Shown here: in pieces, positions 31,149 through 40,501 of the stretch
Layout of the letters: the number at the start of each line of letters is the position of its first letter
Position numbering within the stretch: the stretch's first letter is position 1
Notes under the pieces: generated by a model
What the model saw: only the letters and a program-made list of their open reading frames with translations
The model's database searches: none
What the model was told of the DNA's origin: nothing
From: an uncultured Candidatus Saccharibacteria bacterium
GTDB lineage: Bacteria; Patescibacteriota; Saccharimonadia; Saccharimonadales; UBA10212
NCBI GenBank assembly: GCA_964567555.1
Contig: CAZMNA010000003.1
Coordinates: 18,882-82,881 of the forward strand
Length of the DNA stretch: 64,000 nucleotides
Direction of reading: 5' to 3'
Position numbers and translations under genes: made by a program

Positions 31149-31946
31149 ATGCCAGAAGCGATTATTTCTGCTAAAAACGTCGTTAAAAAATTTGGCGACC
31201 TGGAGGCCGTGGCCGGAATTAACTTTGAAGTCAAAGCCGGCGAGATATTTGCTTTTTTGGGACCAAACGGAGCGGGTAAATCCACTACCATCAAAATGCT
31301 GACCACCATGCTCCAACCTACTAGCGGTGAGCTTTACCTCGCTGGGCATGATGTGACCAAGCAGCGCGAAGAGGCCAGACAAAGCTTTGGCATTGTCTTT
31401 CAAGACCCGGCTTTGGAGGAAGAGCTAACAGCTTATGAGAACATGCGCTTTCATGCTGTGCTTTATAAGGTCCTCAAAACTCAGCAAGCCAAGCGAATTG
31501 AGGAGCTGCTCAAACTGGTGGATCTTTGGGAGCGTCGTGATAGTTTGGTGCGTACCTATTCGGGCGGCATGCGCCGGCGCCTTGAAATCGCCCGTGGACT
31601 GCTGCACCATCCCAAAATTTTGTTTTTGGATGAACCAACCCTGGGGCTTGATGTGCAGACGCGCAACATTCTTTGGAACTACGTGGAAAAGTTATCTAAG
31701 CATGAGGGCATGACCATATTTTTCACTACGCACTACCTGGACGAGGCTGAAGAGGTAGCCCAGCGCATTGCTATTATTGATCACGGCAGTATCATCGCCG
31801 AAGGCAGCGTGAAGCAATTGACCAAGCAGACCGGGACTAAATCCTTGGAACAGGCGTACTTGAAGTTAACTGGTGAAGCCGTCCGCGACGATGTGTCCGA
31901 AGATAACAATGGCTTAAATGTGCGTTCGGTTATGAGGAATCGCTAA
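31149..31946 (+). CDS. ABC transporter ATP-binding protein (ABC-2 exporter type)
   Basis: Walker A GPNGAGKST, signature YSGGMRRRL and Walker B ILFLDEPT. Confidence 0.85.
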   Translation: MPEAIISAKNVVKKFGDLEAVAGINFEVKAGEIFAFLGPNGAGKSTTIKMLTTMLQPTSGELYLAGHDVTKQREEARQSFGIVFQDPALEEELTAYENMRFHAVLYKVLKTQQAKRIEELLKLVDLWERRDSLVRTYSGGMRRRLEIARGLLHHPKILFLDEPTLGLDVQTRNILWNYVEKLSKHEGMTIFFTTHYLDEAEEVAQRIAIIDHGSIIAEGSVKQLTKQTGTKSLEQAYLKLTGEAVRDDVSEDNNGLNVRSVMRNR

Positions 31947-31950
31947 GCCT

Positions 31951-32703
31951 ATGAAAAATTCCGACATTTATATACTTTGGTGGCGTCAAATGAAGCGCTA
32001 TTTGCGCACCCGCTCGCGAATTATTGGGGCTATTGGTCAGCCGATTTTGTTCTTACTGGCACTGGGCTACGGCATCGGCTCGGTTTACAAAAAAGCCGGG
32101 CAGGGCAACTATATACACTTTTTGGTCCCTGGCGTTATTACCCAAACGATTTTATTCTCTGGCGTTTTTTGGGGCATTCAAATTTTGTTCGATAAACGCT
32201 TTGGCTTCTTGAAAGAGATGCTTGTGGCTCCAGTGTCGCGGCTCAGGATTTTGGTGGGAAACGCGCTCGGTGGCACAACCATCGCTTTGATGCAGGGCAT
32301 TTTTGTGTTCTTAATATCTCTAATTTTTGGCTTCCGTCCATATAGTTGGCCTCTACTGACGGTGAGTTTTGGTATCATGGCGGCCATGAGCCTAGCACTG
32401 ACGAGTTTTGGTGCCGGCATTGCCTCCATGGTAGAAGACTTCCAGGGCTTTCAGGCCATAAATAACTTTTTAATTTTCCCGCTATTTTTCTTATCCAGTG
32501 CACTCTATCCACTAACGAGCGCACCGACCGTACTTCGGATTTTGACTGAAATTAACCCCTTAACTTACATCGTTGATGGCCTGCGTTACACAATGATCCA
32601 CCAATCCCATTTTGGTTTGGGCAAGGACTTGATTGTTCTAGCAGCGACCCTAGTGGTTTGTGTTGGCTTTGCGGTCAATCGATTCGAACACCTCGAAGCC
32701 TGA
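31951..32703 (+). CDS. ABC-2 family transporter permease
   Basis: Six TM helices. Translationally coupled to the ATPase (4-nt gap). Confidence 0.75.
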   Translation: MKNSDIYILWWRQMKRYLRTRSRIIGAIGQPILFLLALGYGIGSVYKKAGQGNYIHFLVPGVITQTILFSGVFWGIQILFDKRFGFLKEMLVAPVSRLRILVGNALGGTTIALMQGIFVFLISLIFGFRPYSWPLLTVSFGIMAAMSLALTSFGAGIASMVEDFQGFQAINNFLIFPLFFLSSALYPLTSAPTVLRILTEINPLTYIVDGLRYTMIHQSHFGLGKDLIVLAATLVVCVGFAVNRFEHLEA

Positions 32704-32710
32704 AAAGGAT

Positions 32711-32883
32711 TAATGGCCGTAGGTGCCGTCGCCATAGCCGTGGTCGATTCTTTTATAGTCACCCTCGCTCAGTAGGCCCATGATCGAAGACAGGCCAAAA
32801 AGCGAGATTACTCCAATCCCCAGCGTTGCTAAAAATTGCTTACGAGTTACCTCTTTGTTTAAAAGCTGATTGAGCCTTGACAC
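32711..32883 (-). CDS. small single-TM protein (57 aa, GTG start), not in the ORF track
   Basis: GAGGA RBS 5 nt before the GTG. VSRLNQLLNKEVTRKQFLATLGIGVISLFGLSSIMGLL..GYGDGTYGH. Confidence 0.3.
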
Positions 32884-32990
32884 TTTTTCCTCGGTTTTTT
32901 TGTTTCTCTATCTATTAACGAGCTTATGCTATTTTGCAACCTCTGTCAACATACCTAAAGCCGCCTACATCTTCGTAGCTAAGGCTAGGT

Positions 32991-33635
32991 CTAATTTGCG
33001 ATGGCAGTGTAAAGCACCTGGGTAGAATAGGTGCCACTGGCAACGCTGGTATCGGCGCAAGCACCATACCAAACCGTTGTAGCCACCGCCGGATCCGCCG
33101 CCCCGGAAGTGCTGGCGATGGTGTCGGCAGTCACGTTACTAGCTTTAACGCTAGAAAAAGTTATTGAACCGCGGGCAACATTATCTTGAGTTGTCGTCGG
33201 TCCAGCGCCGAAGCCGCCCAAACCGTCCACGCGGAATCCCCAGCTGTTACCTGACAGCGTAGTTGGGCTGCTGACCGTGCCGCTAGTGGTGGATATGCTT
33301 GATGCACCGTTGACAAGCGACGTGTTAGTACTATTATCCGCCACAGTTAGGGTATAGCCGTCGGTGTCATCAGTTAGCACTGAGGGGCTATCGCTGTGGA
33401 TGGTGCATTTTCCGCTGGTTGTTGGCGTAATGTCCAGGTTCAGGCTACCGTTGCTGGAAAGTGTAATGTCACACTGAACCCCGTACTTGCATGATCCATA
33501 AGTACCGCTGCCGTATGTCCCGGTCGCGTAGTAAGCCAAAACCGCTCCGCTGCCAAGGAATAGACCTAGACAACTCAGCAGGATAGCCAAGATAGCCAGC
33601 CATCCTTTTGAGATTAATTTGAAGAAAGATTTCAT
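32991..33635 (-). CDS. secreted Thr/Ser-rich surface protein, WxL-like (CscB/C-like), paralog 3
   Basis: Signal peptide, NSWGFRVDGLGGF core and GTYSTQVLYTA C-terminus shared with the two proteins encoded upstream. Confidence 0.45.
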   Translation of the reverse strand: MKSFFKLISKGWLAILAILLSCLGLFLGSGAVLAYYATGTYGSGTYGSCKYGVQCDITLSSNGSLNLDITPTTSGKCTIHSDSPSVLTDDTDGYTLTVADNSTNTSLVNGASSISTTSGTVSSPTTLSGNSWGFRVDGLGGFGAGPTTTQDNVARGSITFSSVKASNVTADTIASTSGAADPAVATTVWYGACADTSVASGTYSTQVLYTAIAN

Positions 33636-34561
33636 CCCTTCTTTGGCTCCTTAGCCCTCCGTTTGGATAGGTATCTTGGGCGGATTACAACTAAGAAGAC
33701 AAGTACAATCAGCATCAATGCTAGCGTTATTAGTCTGACGGCAGAAGACATAACCAGAACCCATTTGGTAGGCATGGTCTTTTCTTGGCCTAGGAACTTC
33801 ACGGTACCGGTTACCTTAAAAAGCCCAATGCTAGGGGATTTATTCCAAGGCAGGGTAATCCGGCGAATGGTCTGCGGCAGTAGTTCCTTATCTGTGTTTA
33901 AAGTGTATTTTGGGTGACCAAAGATGTCCTTGATAACATAGGTAATTTGAGTAGGAAAGTGAATGCTACCGTTGTCTTGAATACGCAAGGCTGAAGTTAG
34001 CGGTGGTTTTTGCAGGATGCCCGAGCTCCAGCTGAGTAAACTGCCCTTTTTTACGACCGGCCCAGCTACCTGTATGTAGAAAAGTTCACCGACTCGTTCG
34101 TTTAGTGTGACGCCGTTAGTCTTGGCGGCAATCTGAGTTTCGGCAAAAGCCGCTGCGTAGTACCCTCCCGGTAGCGTGTTCTGGGGCACAGATATGGTGT
34201 AGTTTATTGTGACGGATTGTCCTGGCTTAATGTATCCGCCCGGCACCGAAAAGTTCAACCAACTGCCGGCATCGGGTGCAGTTGGCAAAAATGTAAATTC
34301 TGGAGTGTAATCCTCGCCGCTTACCCTGTAAGGAGTTGGATAAGCCAAAAATTTGTAACTGCTACTGCCCTGATCAAGCACCTGAAACGAGCCTTTATAG
34401 GTACCGCCCGGGTCTATCACTGGGCTGACTGAAGTTGGGGTTATGGTGATAACCTGCGGAATGGCATGTGCTACCGCTGGCGCTAAGCCAAAAGCCGACA
34501 AAAATATCAAAAAAGTCGTGAATTGCTTTTTGTAGGTTCGCGAAATTGTCATGCCAAACAT
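33632..34561 (-). CDS. DUF916/CscA-like cell-surface protein with C-terminal membrane anchor
   Basis: Signal peptide, ~250-aa beta-rich domain, C-terminal TM helix then RPRYLSKRRAKEPKK. Genomically linked to the WxL-like genes. Confidence 0.5.
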   Translation of the reverse strand: MFGMTISRTYKKQFTTFLIFLSAFGLAPAVAHAIPQVITITPTSVSPVIDPGGTYKGSFQVLDQGSSSYKFLAYPTPYRVSGEDYTPEFTFLPTAPDAGSWLNFSVPGGYIKPGQSVTINYTISVPQNTLPGGYYAAAFAETQIAAKTNGVTLNERVGELFYIQVAGPVVKKGSLLSWSSGILQKPPLTSALRIQDNGSIHFPTQITYVIKDIFGHPKYTLNTDKELLPQTIRRITLPWNKSPSIGLFKVTGTVKFLGQEKTMPTKWVLVMSSAVRLITLALMLIVLVFLVVIRPRYLSKRRAKEPKKG

Positions 34562-34562
34562 T

Positions 34563-35174
34563 CTAATTTGTGGTTGCAGTGTAGGTTACGCTATCGGTGT
34601 AAGTTCCAGAAGGCTGAGTGGAGTCAACAGCTGCGGCGTACCAAACGGTAGTTGTATCACTTGAAGCTGTGCCGGAGGTAGACTTTAGCGTGTTGGCTGA
34701 GCCAGAAGCTGGCATGCCGGCAAATTTTAGCGTACCGCTGACTGCCGCGCTACTGGCACCAGCGTAACCGCTGCCGTTGAAGCCGCCTAAACTTTGGACG
34801 GCATAGCCCCATGTGTTAGCTGCCATCACTACTGGAGTTGTTTGCGTCCCGGAAGAGGCGGCAATACTATTGCCGCCAGACACCAAGGTTGTGGTGGCAT
34901 CGCCATCCTGCAAAGTCAGGGCATAGCCGGATGAATCGTTTGTGCTAACTGTAACGGTATCGCTAGCGATGGTCTGTTTTGTTGAGCCGGCAGCTGGAGT
35001 AATGTTAAGATTAACCGTTCCACTAGTAGTAAAAAGACTAATAATTGGGCTGATAACTGAGCTTATTGTGGTAGAAGCCGTATCTGCAGATACGATAGCC
35101 GTAGTCCCGACCATAACTCCCACGCTGAGCAGGGTAACAATACCTACGCGTATGTATTTCAAATCTTCCCTCAT
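34563..35174 (-). CDS. secreted Thr/Ser-rich WxL-like surface protein, paralog 2
   Basis: Roughly 80% identical to the 35254-35877 product; signal peptide present. Confidence 0.5.
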   Translation of the reverse strand: MREDLKYIRVGIVTLLSVGVMVGTTAIVSADTASTTISSVISPIISLFTTSGTVNLNITPAAGSTKQTIASDTVTVSTNDSSGYALTLQDGDATTTLVSGGNSIAASSGTQTTPVVMAANTWGYAVQSLGGFNGSGYAGASSAAVSGTLKFAGMPASGSANTLKSTSGTASSDTTTVWYAAAVDSTQPSGTYTDSVTYTATTN

Positions 35175-35253
35175 TATTAATCATTACGATTATGATATCA
35201 ACACAATATAAAACGGTACGTGCCGCGCTGGAAACCATAGAGCTTTGACGAGT

Positions 35254-35877
35254 CTAATTTGTCGTTGCGGTGTAAGTTACGCTGTCGGTGTAGGTTCCAG
35301 TGGCTTGAGTAGTATCGACAGCCACAGCGTACCAAACGGTTGTTGTATCACTTGAGGCGACGCCGGCGGTAGTCTTAAGCGTGTTGGGCGAAGCTGAAGA
35401 CGGTACGCCGGCAAACTTTAGAGTGCCACTAACGGCCGCGCTACTGGCTGACCCGTAACCGCTTGCGTTAAAACCACCAACTCCAGCCACAGCATAACCC
35501 CAAGTGTTGGTAGCTTCTGGGGTAGTCGGAGAACTCTGCGTCCCTGCCGAAGCCGCAATGTTATTGCCGCCGGAAACCAGGTTGGTATTGGTGTCGCCGT
35601 CTGCCAGAGTTAGTGCATAGCCAGATGCATCGTTAGTACTAACTGTAACCGTATCACTAGCGATGGTCTGTTTTGTTGAGCCAGCAGCTGGAGTCACGTT
35701 AACATTAACCGTGCCGCTGGTAGTAAATAGGCTAATAATCGGGGAGACTACCGAACTTATCGTCGTATTGGCCGTATCGGCACTCACAACAGCCGTCGAT
35801 AACATAAAGGCCGATGCGATTCCGCCGGCAATCGCCACAAGCCTTACTCTTTTGAAGAGATTTTTATTTTGTTTCAT
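35254..35877 (-). CDS. secreted Thr/Ser-rich WxL-like surface protein, paralog 1
   Basis: Signal peptide; same architecture as 34563-35174, a tandem duplicate. Confidence 0.5.
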   Translation of the reverse strand: MKQNKNLFKRVRLVAIAGGIASAFMLSTAVVSADTANTTISSVVSPIISLFTTSGTVNVNVTPAAGSTKQTIASDTVTVSTNDASGYALTLADGDTNTNLVSGGNNIAASAGTQSSPTTPEATNTWGYAVAGVGGFNASGYGSASSAAVSGTLKFAGVPSSASPNTLKTTAGVASSDTTTVWYAVAVDTTQATGTYTDSVTYTATTN

Positions 35878-36013
35878 ATACGAGTTAACAGTATCACCTC
35901 AAAAGTACCAGTTAGTATCCTGCTTGTCAACATAATCCTTATGCTATAATTTGCTATTATATTAGTGTCTAGCCAAGGGGCCGGGCGTTTTGGAAAACTA
36001 AAAGGAGCATTTA

Positions 36014-36751
36014 ATGTCATCGAGCCTACCTACCCCTGGTGGTTCCGCCAATACTTGGGGCACTCAGCTCAACGATTATCTTCAGCAGTCACTAGGACCT
36101 GATGGTAAGCTAGTCACTGACGCCACTAATCCTTATACATCTTCGGCCAATACAAATTTGGCCAGTGGTTCTCAGCCCGGCTTAGTCCAACTAGCCGGCG
36201 ACTTAGGCAATACTGCCGCCTCTCCTCAAGTTACATCTACGCACCTCTCATCCCCATTACCACCAGCGCAGGGTGGCACTGGGGTTGCCAACTCTAAAAA
36301 CCTAACTGTCAGCAATTCCCTAACTCTCGCTGGCACAGATTCTACGACCATGAACTTCCCTACAACCACTGCGACCATCGCCAGAACTGATGCAGCCCAA
36401 ACCTTCACCGGGAAGCAAACTGGAACAATCTTTATTGAAACCCCAGAAACTGTATCTGTATCTTCTAACGCTGGCACTTGTTCGGTTTCATACGAGATAA
36501 GTAACTTCACCAACTCATCTGCCGCCAACATGACGATTACACTCGCCACATCAAGCGCAGTTGATGGTCAAAAAAAGATCGTAAGAGTTTACTATTTCTC
36601 GGCAGTTGCTAAGACTATAAGCTGGGTGAATAATGAGGATTCCTCTGTGACTACTCCAACGACCTCTAATGGCTCAACCACACTGCCCATTACCGTAGCG
36701 TTTATGTACAATTCGGCTACTAGCAAGTGGCGCTGTGTAGGGTTCGCTTAG
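36014..36751 (+). CDS. Ser/Thr-rich hypothetical protein with a tail-fibre-like N-terminus (PGGSANTWGTQLNDYL)
   Basis: AAAGGAG RBS upstream. The N-terminal motif resembles some phage/surface fibre proteins (weak). No signal peptide. Confidence 0.45.
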   Translation: MSSSLPTPGGSANTWGTQLNDYLQQSLGPDGKLVTDATNPYTSSANTNLASGSQPGLVQLAGDLGNTAASPQVTSTHLSSPLPPAQGGTGVANSKNLTVSNSLTLAGTDSTTMNFPTTTATIARTDAAQTFTGKQTGTIFIETPETVSVSSNAGTCSVSYEISNFTNSSAANMTITLATSSAVDGQKKIVRVYYFSAVAKTISWVNNEDSSVTTPTTSNGSTTLPITVAFMYNSATSKWRCVGFA

Positions 36752-37894
36752 ATGGCTGTTTGGCCTAGTGGTAACGGTGTACAAAACCAGACCGCAGGGA
36801 TAGGCTACACTTGGGTAGCCCCGGCTGGTGTTACTAAATTAACTGTTGAGCTATGGGGTTCGGGCGCTGGTGGTGACGGCGGATTACTCGCTAATGTTAA
36901 TGGGGGTTGGGGCGGTGGCGGTGGCGAGTATCGTAGCTCTGTAATTACAAATATAGTACCTGGTCATACTTATACGATAACTGTTGGTGCTAAAGGTACG
37001 GCTGGTGGTGCTTCCGGTGGAAGTGGTGGTCAAGGTAACGACAGTACATTCTCAGACCCGACACCGACAATTCTAGTTGCAGCCAAAGCCGGCAACAACT
37101 CTGCGAACAGTAGCACAGGCGGTACGGGCGGAACTGGCACAACTGGTTTTCACGGCGGTAATGGATTTCAAACTGCCGTTAATGCCGGTGGTGGTGGTGG
37201 TGGCTCGGGTGGGACTGGTGCCGTTGGACATAACGCCACAAGTGCTACGGGTGCAACTGCTGTTACTGGAGGTGGTAATGGTGGTACTGGTGGGACTGGT
37301 GCTGTTGGGGCCGCTCCTACTACGCCCCCGGGTGGTGGTGGCGGTGGTGGTGCTGCGTCGGGCAACAAGGCAGGTGGAGCTGGCGCTGCTGGGGCAGGCA
37401 CACTAACTTGGCCAACTGTTTTTACTGTAACTTTTAACGCAAACAGTGGCTCAGGCTCAATGAGCGCCGAACAAAACAACCAAGCCGCCGCCCTAACTTC
37501 TAACGCGTATACAAGAACTGGGTACACCTTTGCTAACTGGAACACGGTGGCTGGTGGAGGGGGTACAACTTATGCTAACGGTGCAAGCTATGCGTTTACT
37601 GCCAGCACCACACTTTATGCCCAGTGGACTATCAATTCTTACGATGTAATATTCAACAACAATGGTGGTACAGGTTCAATGTCGAACGAAACTAAGAACT
37701 ACAACACTACGAACGCTCTTACAACCAATACCTTTACAAGAACTGGATATACCTTTACAGGCTGGAATACCGTCGCCGATGGGTCAGGCACAGCTTACGC
37801 AGATGGCGCTAACTTTACTTGGCCTGCCTCTAACACTACCCTCTATGCTCAATGGCTTGTGGCAAATACAACGGGCATATTGGCTGTCATGTAA
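36752..37894 (+). CDS. glycine-rich protein with two C-terminal Listeria-Bacteroides (Flg_new) repeats
   Basis: VELWGSGAGGDGG..GGGGGEY Gly-rich N-terminal domain. Two ~70-aa repeats FTVTFNANSGSGSM..FTRTGYTF.GWNTVA.G.GT.YA.GA.....TLYAQW match the Flg_new consensus. Confidence 0.6.
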   Translation: MAVWPSGNGVQNQTAGIGYTWVAPAGVTKLTVELWGSGAGGDGGLLANVNGGWGGGGGEYRSSVITNIVPGHTYTITVGAKGTAGGASGGSGGQGNDSTFSDPTPTILVAAKAGNNSANSSTGGTGGTGTTGFHGGNGFQTAVNAGGGGGGSGGTGAVGHNATSATGATAVTGGGNGGTGGTGAVGAAPTTPPGGGGGGGAASGNKAGGAGAAGAGTLTWPTVFTVTFNANSGSGSMSAEQNNQAAALTSNAYTRTGYTFANWNTVAGGGGTTYANGASYAFTASTTLYAQWTINSYDVIFNNNGGTGSMSNETKNYNTTNALTTNTFTRTGYTFTGWNTVADGSGTAYADGANFTWPASNTTLYAQWLVANTTGILAVM

Positions 37895-38280
37895 AAACCT
37901 CCCAATCGGACTACCCGGCTGATTATTGATGGCTCGGCTTGGTAAATAGTACCTGTTCGCGCAGTATCTAATCCGGCTAAGATTGTGTCGTACTGCTGGC
38001 GGATATCTGGGCTGATCGCTATCGGCGGACTGCTAAAGCTTCTTTTATAAACTGTTGGAGTTACATTTGCAGTAGAGTTACTGATAATCTTAACAATCTT
38101 ATTTTGGTCGTTAATTAAAACCAGCCGGACAGGCTGGATGCTCACTGAAACTTCAGTGCTTCCACCCCCATTAAATTGTGTCGCAGGGGCAGGGGATAAG
38201 GCTGCAGCGTCGGCACCAAACAAAGAAAAGGCCAAACAAAGCCCAACTACAGCAAATACTTTTCCGTACGACCTCCCCAT
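37849..38280 (-). CDS. secreted hypothetical protein (143 aa)
   Basis: N-terminal signal peptide (AVVGLCLAFSLFGADA). Confidence 0.45.
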   Translation of the reverse strand: MGRSYGKVFAVVGLCLAFSLFGADAAALSPAPATQFNGGGSTEVSVSIQPVRLVLINDQNKIVKIISNSTANVTPTVYKRSFSSPPIAISPDIRQQYDTILAGLDTARTGTIYQAEPSIISRVVRLGGFYMTANMPVVFATSH

Positions 38281-38386
38281 TGCAAATAGAATTGTGAACT
38301 AACATTTACAAACTGTAAATATTATTTCAAAGCATAAGCACTATACTTTTGTTTGACTTGATTGTCTTGATGAACCGAAACCTAGC

Positions 38387-39316
38387 TTAAGTCGCTGGTT
38401 GGTGACGGGTCGGTGGCCGGATGTCAATAATCAGACGTTCGGGTGTGACGGGCTTGGGTAGTCTTTCGACCTTTAGCTTCCGCAAATCAATAGTCGGTAT
38501 TTCTAGCATTTTGGCTTGTACCGGCTGGACTGGGACGGCCCCTATCGCTATTTCCGGCTGGCGTAACCTACGGTTATGCAAAGCAATCAGCACGATGCTG
38601 ACGTTGTACAACAGGATAATCGGCCCGGCGATTATTAACTGACTAAGAACGTTGGGTGTAGGCACCATTATCATCGAGACGATAAAGGCCAGCAAAATTA
38701 CATAGCGCTCTTTTTTTAGTAGGCCTGCGGGCCCAAGCGGCCGGATACGATTGATAAATAACAGGATAATCGGCAACTGGAACATCAGCATCGCTCCCAG
38801 CAGATAGACAGTCAAGAACGACAGGTACTCTTGAATGGTCAGCAAGGCGTGAACTTGGTTATTAGTAAATTGATGCGTTAGAAAGTGTAGTGCCGCCGGC
38901 AGGCCTAAAAAGTAGCCAAAGCCAAAGCCGACTGCCGCCAGCAGCGCCGAAAAGAAGCTATAACGCAAGATAATATGCCTAGTCTGTTTTTGCAGCAGCG
39001 GCTCCAAAAATGCCAGCAACTGATAAATGATGATTGGCGTGCTAGCGGCGATGCCAACGTATATACAGACCGAAAACAGGAAGTTGATACCTCCGATAGG
39101 TGAGGTGTAGATGAATTGCTGCCCATGAGACGGTTTAAGCAAAAACCTGACAATGCTTTGCTGCACCGTGTAGGCCAAAGTCGAGAATATTAGAATCGAG
39201 GCGACGCAGTAGACCAGCCGCTTGCGCAGCTCATACAAGTGCTGAATAAAAGGTTTTGGAACTTCGGCTGGCTTAGAGCTCTGATTTTTCGTTTGCGTTG
39301 GGTAGTTTTTTTTCAT
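38387..39316 (-). CDS. tatC: twin-arginine translocase subunit TatC
   Basis: HLYELRKRL N-terminal motif and six TM helices. Start set at MKKNYP (39316) because the longer ORF would overlap tatA. Confidence 0.8.
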   Translation of the reverse strand: MKKNYPTQTKNQSSKPAEVPKPFIQHLYELRKRLVYCVASILIFSTLAYTVQQSIVRFLLKPSHGQQFIYTSPIGGINFLFSVCIYVGIAASTPIIIYQLLAFLEPLLQKQTRHIILRYSFFSALLAAVGFGFGYFLGLPAALHFLTHQFTNNQVHALLTIQEYLSFLTVYLLGAMLMFQLPIILLFINRIRPLGPAGLLKKERYVILLAFIVSMIMVPTPNVLSQLIIAGPIILLYNVSIVLIALHNRRLRQPEIAIGAVPVQPVQAKMLEIPTIDLRKLKVERLPKPVTPERLIIDIRPPTRHQPAT

Positions 39317-39491
39317 CGGGCTTGCTTTCTGTTTTTTCGTCACTGATGCCTTTGCGAAGTTCACGGATAGCGTCAGCCATACTGCGGCTAAGTTTAGGCA
39401 GATTCTTACTGCCAAAAAGAAGCAAAACAATTGCCAAAATTATAATAAGTTCAGGCGTACCTAAGTCTAAAAACCCGAAATTACTGATCAT
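39273..39491 (-). CDS. tatA: twin-arginine translocase subunit TatA/E
   Basis: N-terminal TM helix then the amphipathic helix (FGSKNLPKL..). Confidence 0.8.
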   Translation of the reverse strand: MISNFGFLDLGTPELIIILAIVLLLFGSKNLPKLSRSMADAIRELRKGISDEKTESKPDEKKLPNANEKSEL

Positions 39492-39595
39492 AAAAGCCCT
39501 CGCTTATGGTTACGTGTCAATCATAACAGCAACTTGAATAATATTCTAGTCGGCCTTTACGGGGTCGTGGACGCTATAAGGTATACTTAAGCTTA

Positions 39596-40501
39596 ATGGC
39601 AGAGGCAGCGGCGATAAAAATAAGCGGCCTTTCAAAAAGATACGCCGGACGTAGCGTATTGGCGCTTAGTGACCTTACGCTTAGCGTCAAACCGGGCGAG
39701 GTTTACGGTTTTTTGGGCCCCAACGGCGCCGGCAAATCCACGACTATTCGCTTGCTACTTAATTTCATCCAGCCTACTGCCGGCTCGGCCCAGATTTTGG
39801 GCCAAGACATTGTGGCAGGTTCCACTCTCATAAAAAAATCTGTCGGCTACCTTGCCGGCGATGTTTCTCTCTACCCAAAAATGACCGGCCACGAGTTCCT
39901 AAAGTATATGGCCGAGCTCCAGCCGCCCCAAAATAAGAGCTACGCGCCCGAGCTAGCCGGCCGCTTTGAGGCCGACCTTAAACCGCGCCTGCGCGATTTG
40001 TCTAAGGGCAACCGCCAAAAAATCGGCATCATCCAAGCCTTCATGCACCAGCCGGACATTTTGATTTTGGACGAGCCGACCGCTGGCCTTGATCCGCTAA
40101 AGCAGGAGGAGTTTTTTAAACTCATCGCCGAAACCAAAGCCCGCGGCGGCAGTGTCTTTTTTTCCAGTCACAACATCGCCGAGGTCCAGCGGATCTGCGA
40201 CCGCGTTGGTTTTATCCGCGAAGGTAAGCTGATTGCCGAGCAAGTGGTAGCTGATGTCGCGGCCGCGGCCGCTCGGACCTTTGATATTAATTTTGTAGAC
40301 GATGCGCCAAGGGCCGAACTAAAAGCCGTGCCCGGCGTAAAGCTGGAAGCCGGCACCGGCAAAGCCGCTACCATCCATATGAAGGGCGACCTATCGCCGC
40401 TGTTTAGAGTGCTGGCCAGGCACAACGTTAGCTCAATTAACCAGCGTGAAGTCGACCTCGAACACGAGTTTCTGCGCTTTTACAAAGGGGACGGCAAATG
40501 A
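39596..40501 (+). CDS. ABC transporter ATP-binding protein (ABC-2 type)
   Basis: Walker A GPNGAGKSTT, LSKGNRQK signature and ILILDEPTAGLD. Confidence 0.85.
   Translation: MAEAAAIKISGLSKRYAGRSVLALSDLTLSVKPGEVYGFLGPNGAGKSTTIRLLLNFIQPTAGSAQILGQDIVAGSTLIKKSVGYLAGDVSLYPKMTGHEFLKYMAELQPPQNKSYAPELAGRFEADLKPRLRDLSKGNRQKIGIIQAFMHQPDILILDEPTAGLDPLKQEEFFKLIAETKARGGSVFFSSHNIAEVQRICDRVGFIREGKLIAEQVVADVAAAAARTFDINFVDDAPRAELKAVPGVKLEAGTGKAATIHMKGDLSPLFRVLARHNVSSINQREVDLEHEFLRFYKGDGK

Noticed and set aside
37077-37545. ORFs 37077-37406 (plus) and 37168-37545 (minus) inside the glycine-rich protein gene
   Set aside because: They are Pro/Val/Leu-rich frames generated by GGT/GGC repeats. The Gly-rich frame continues into bona fide Flg_new repeats.
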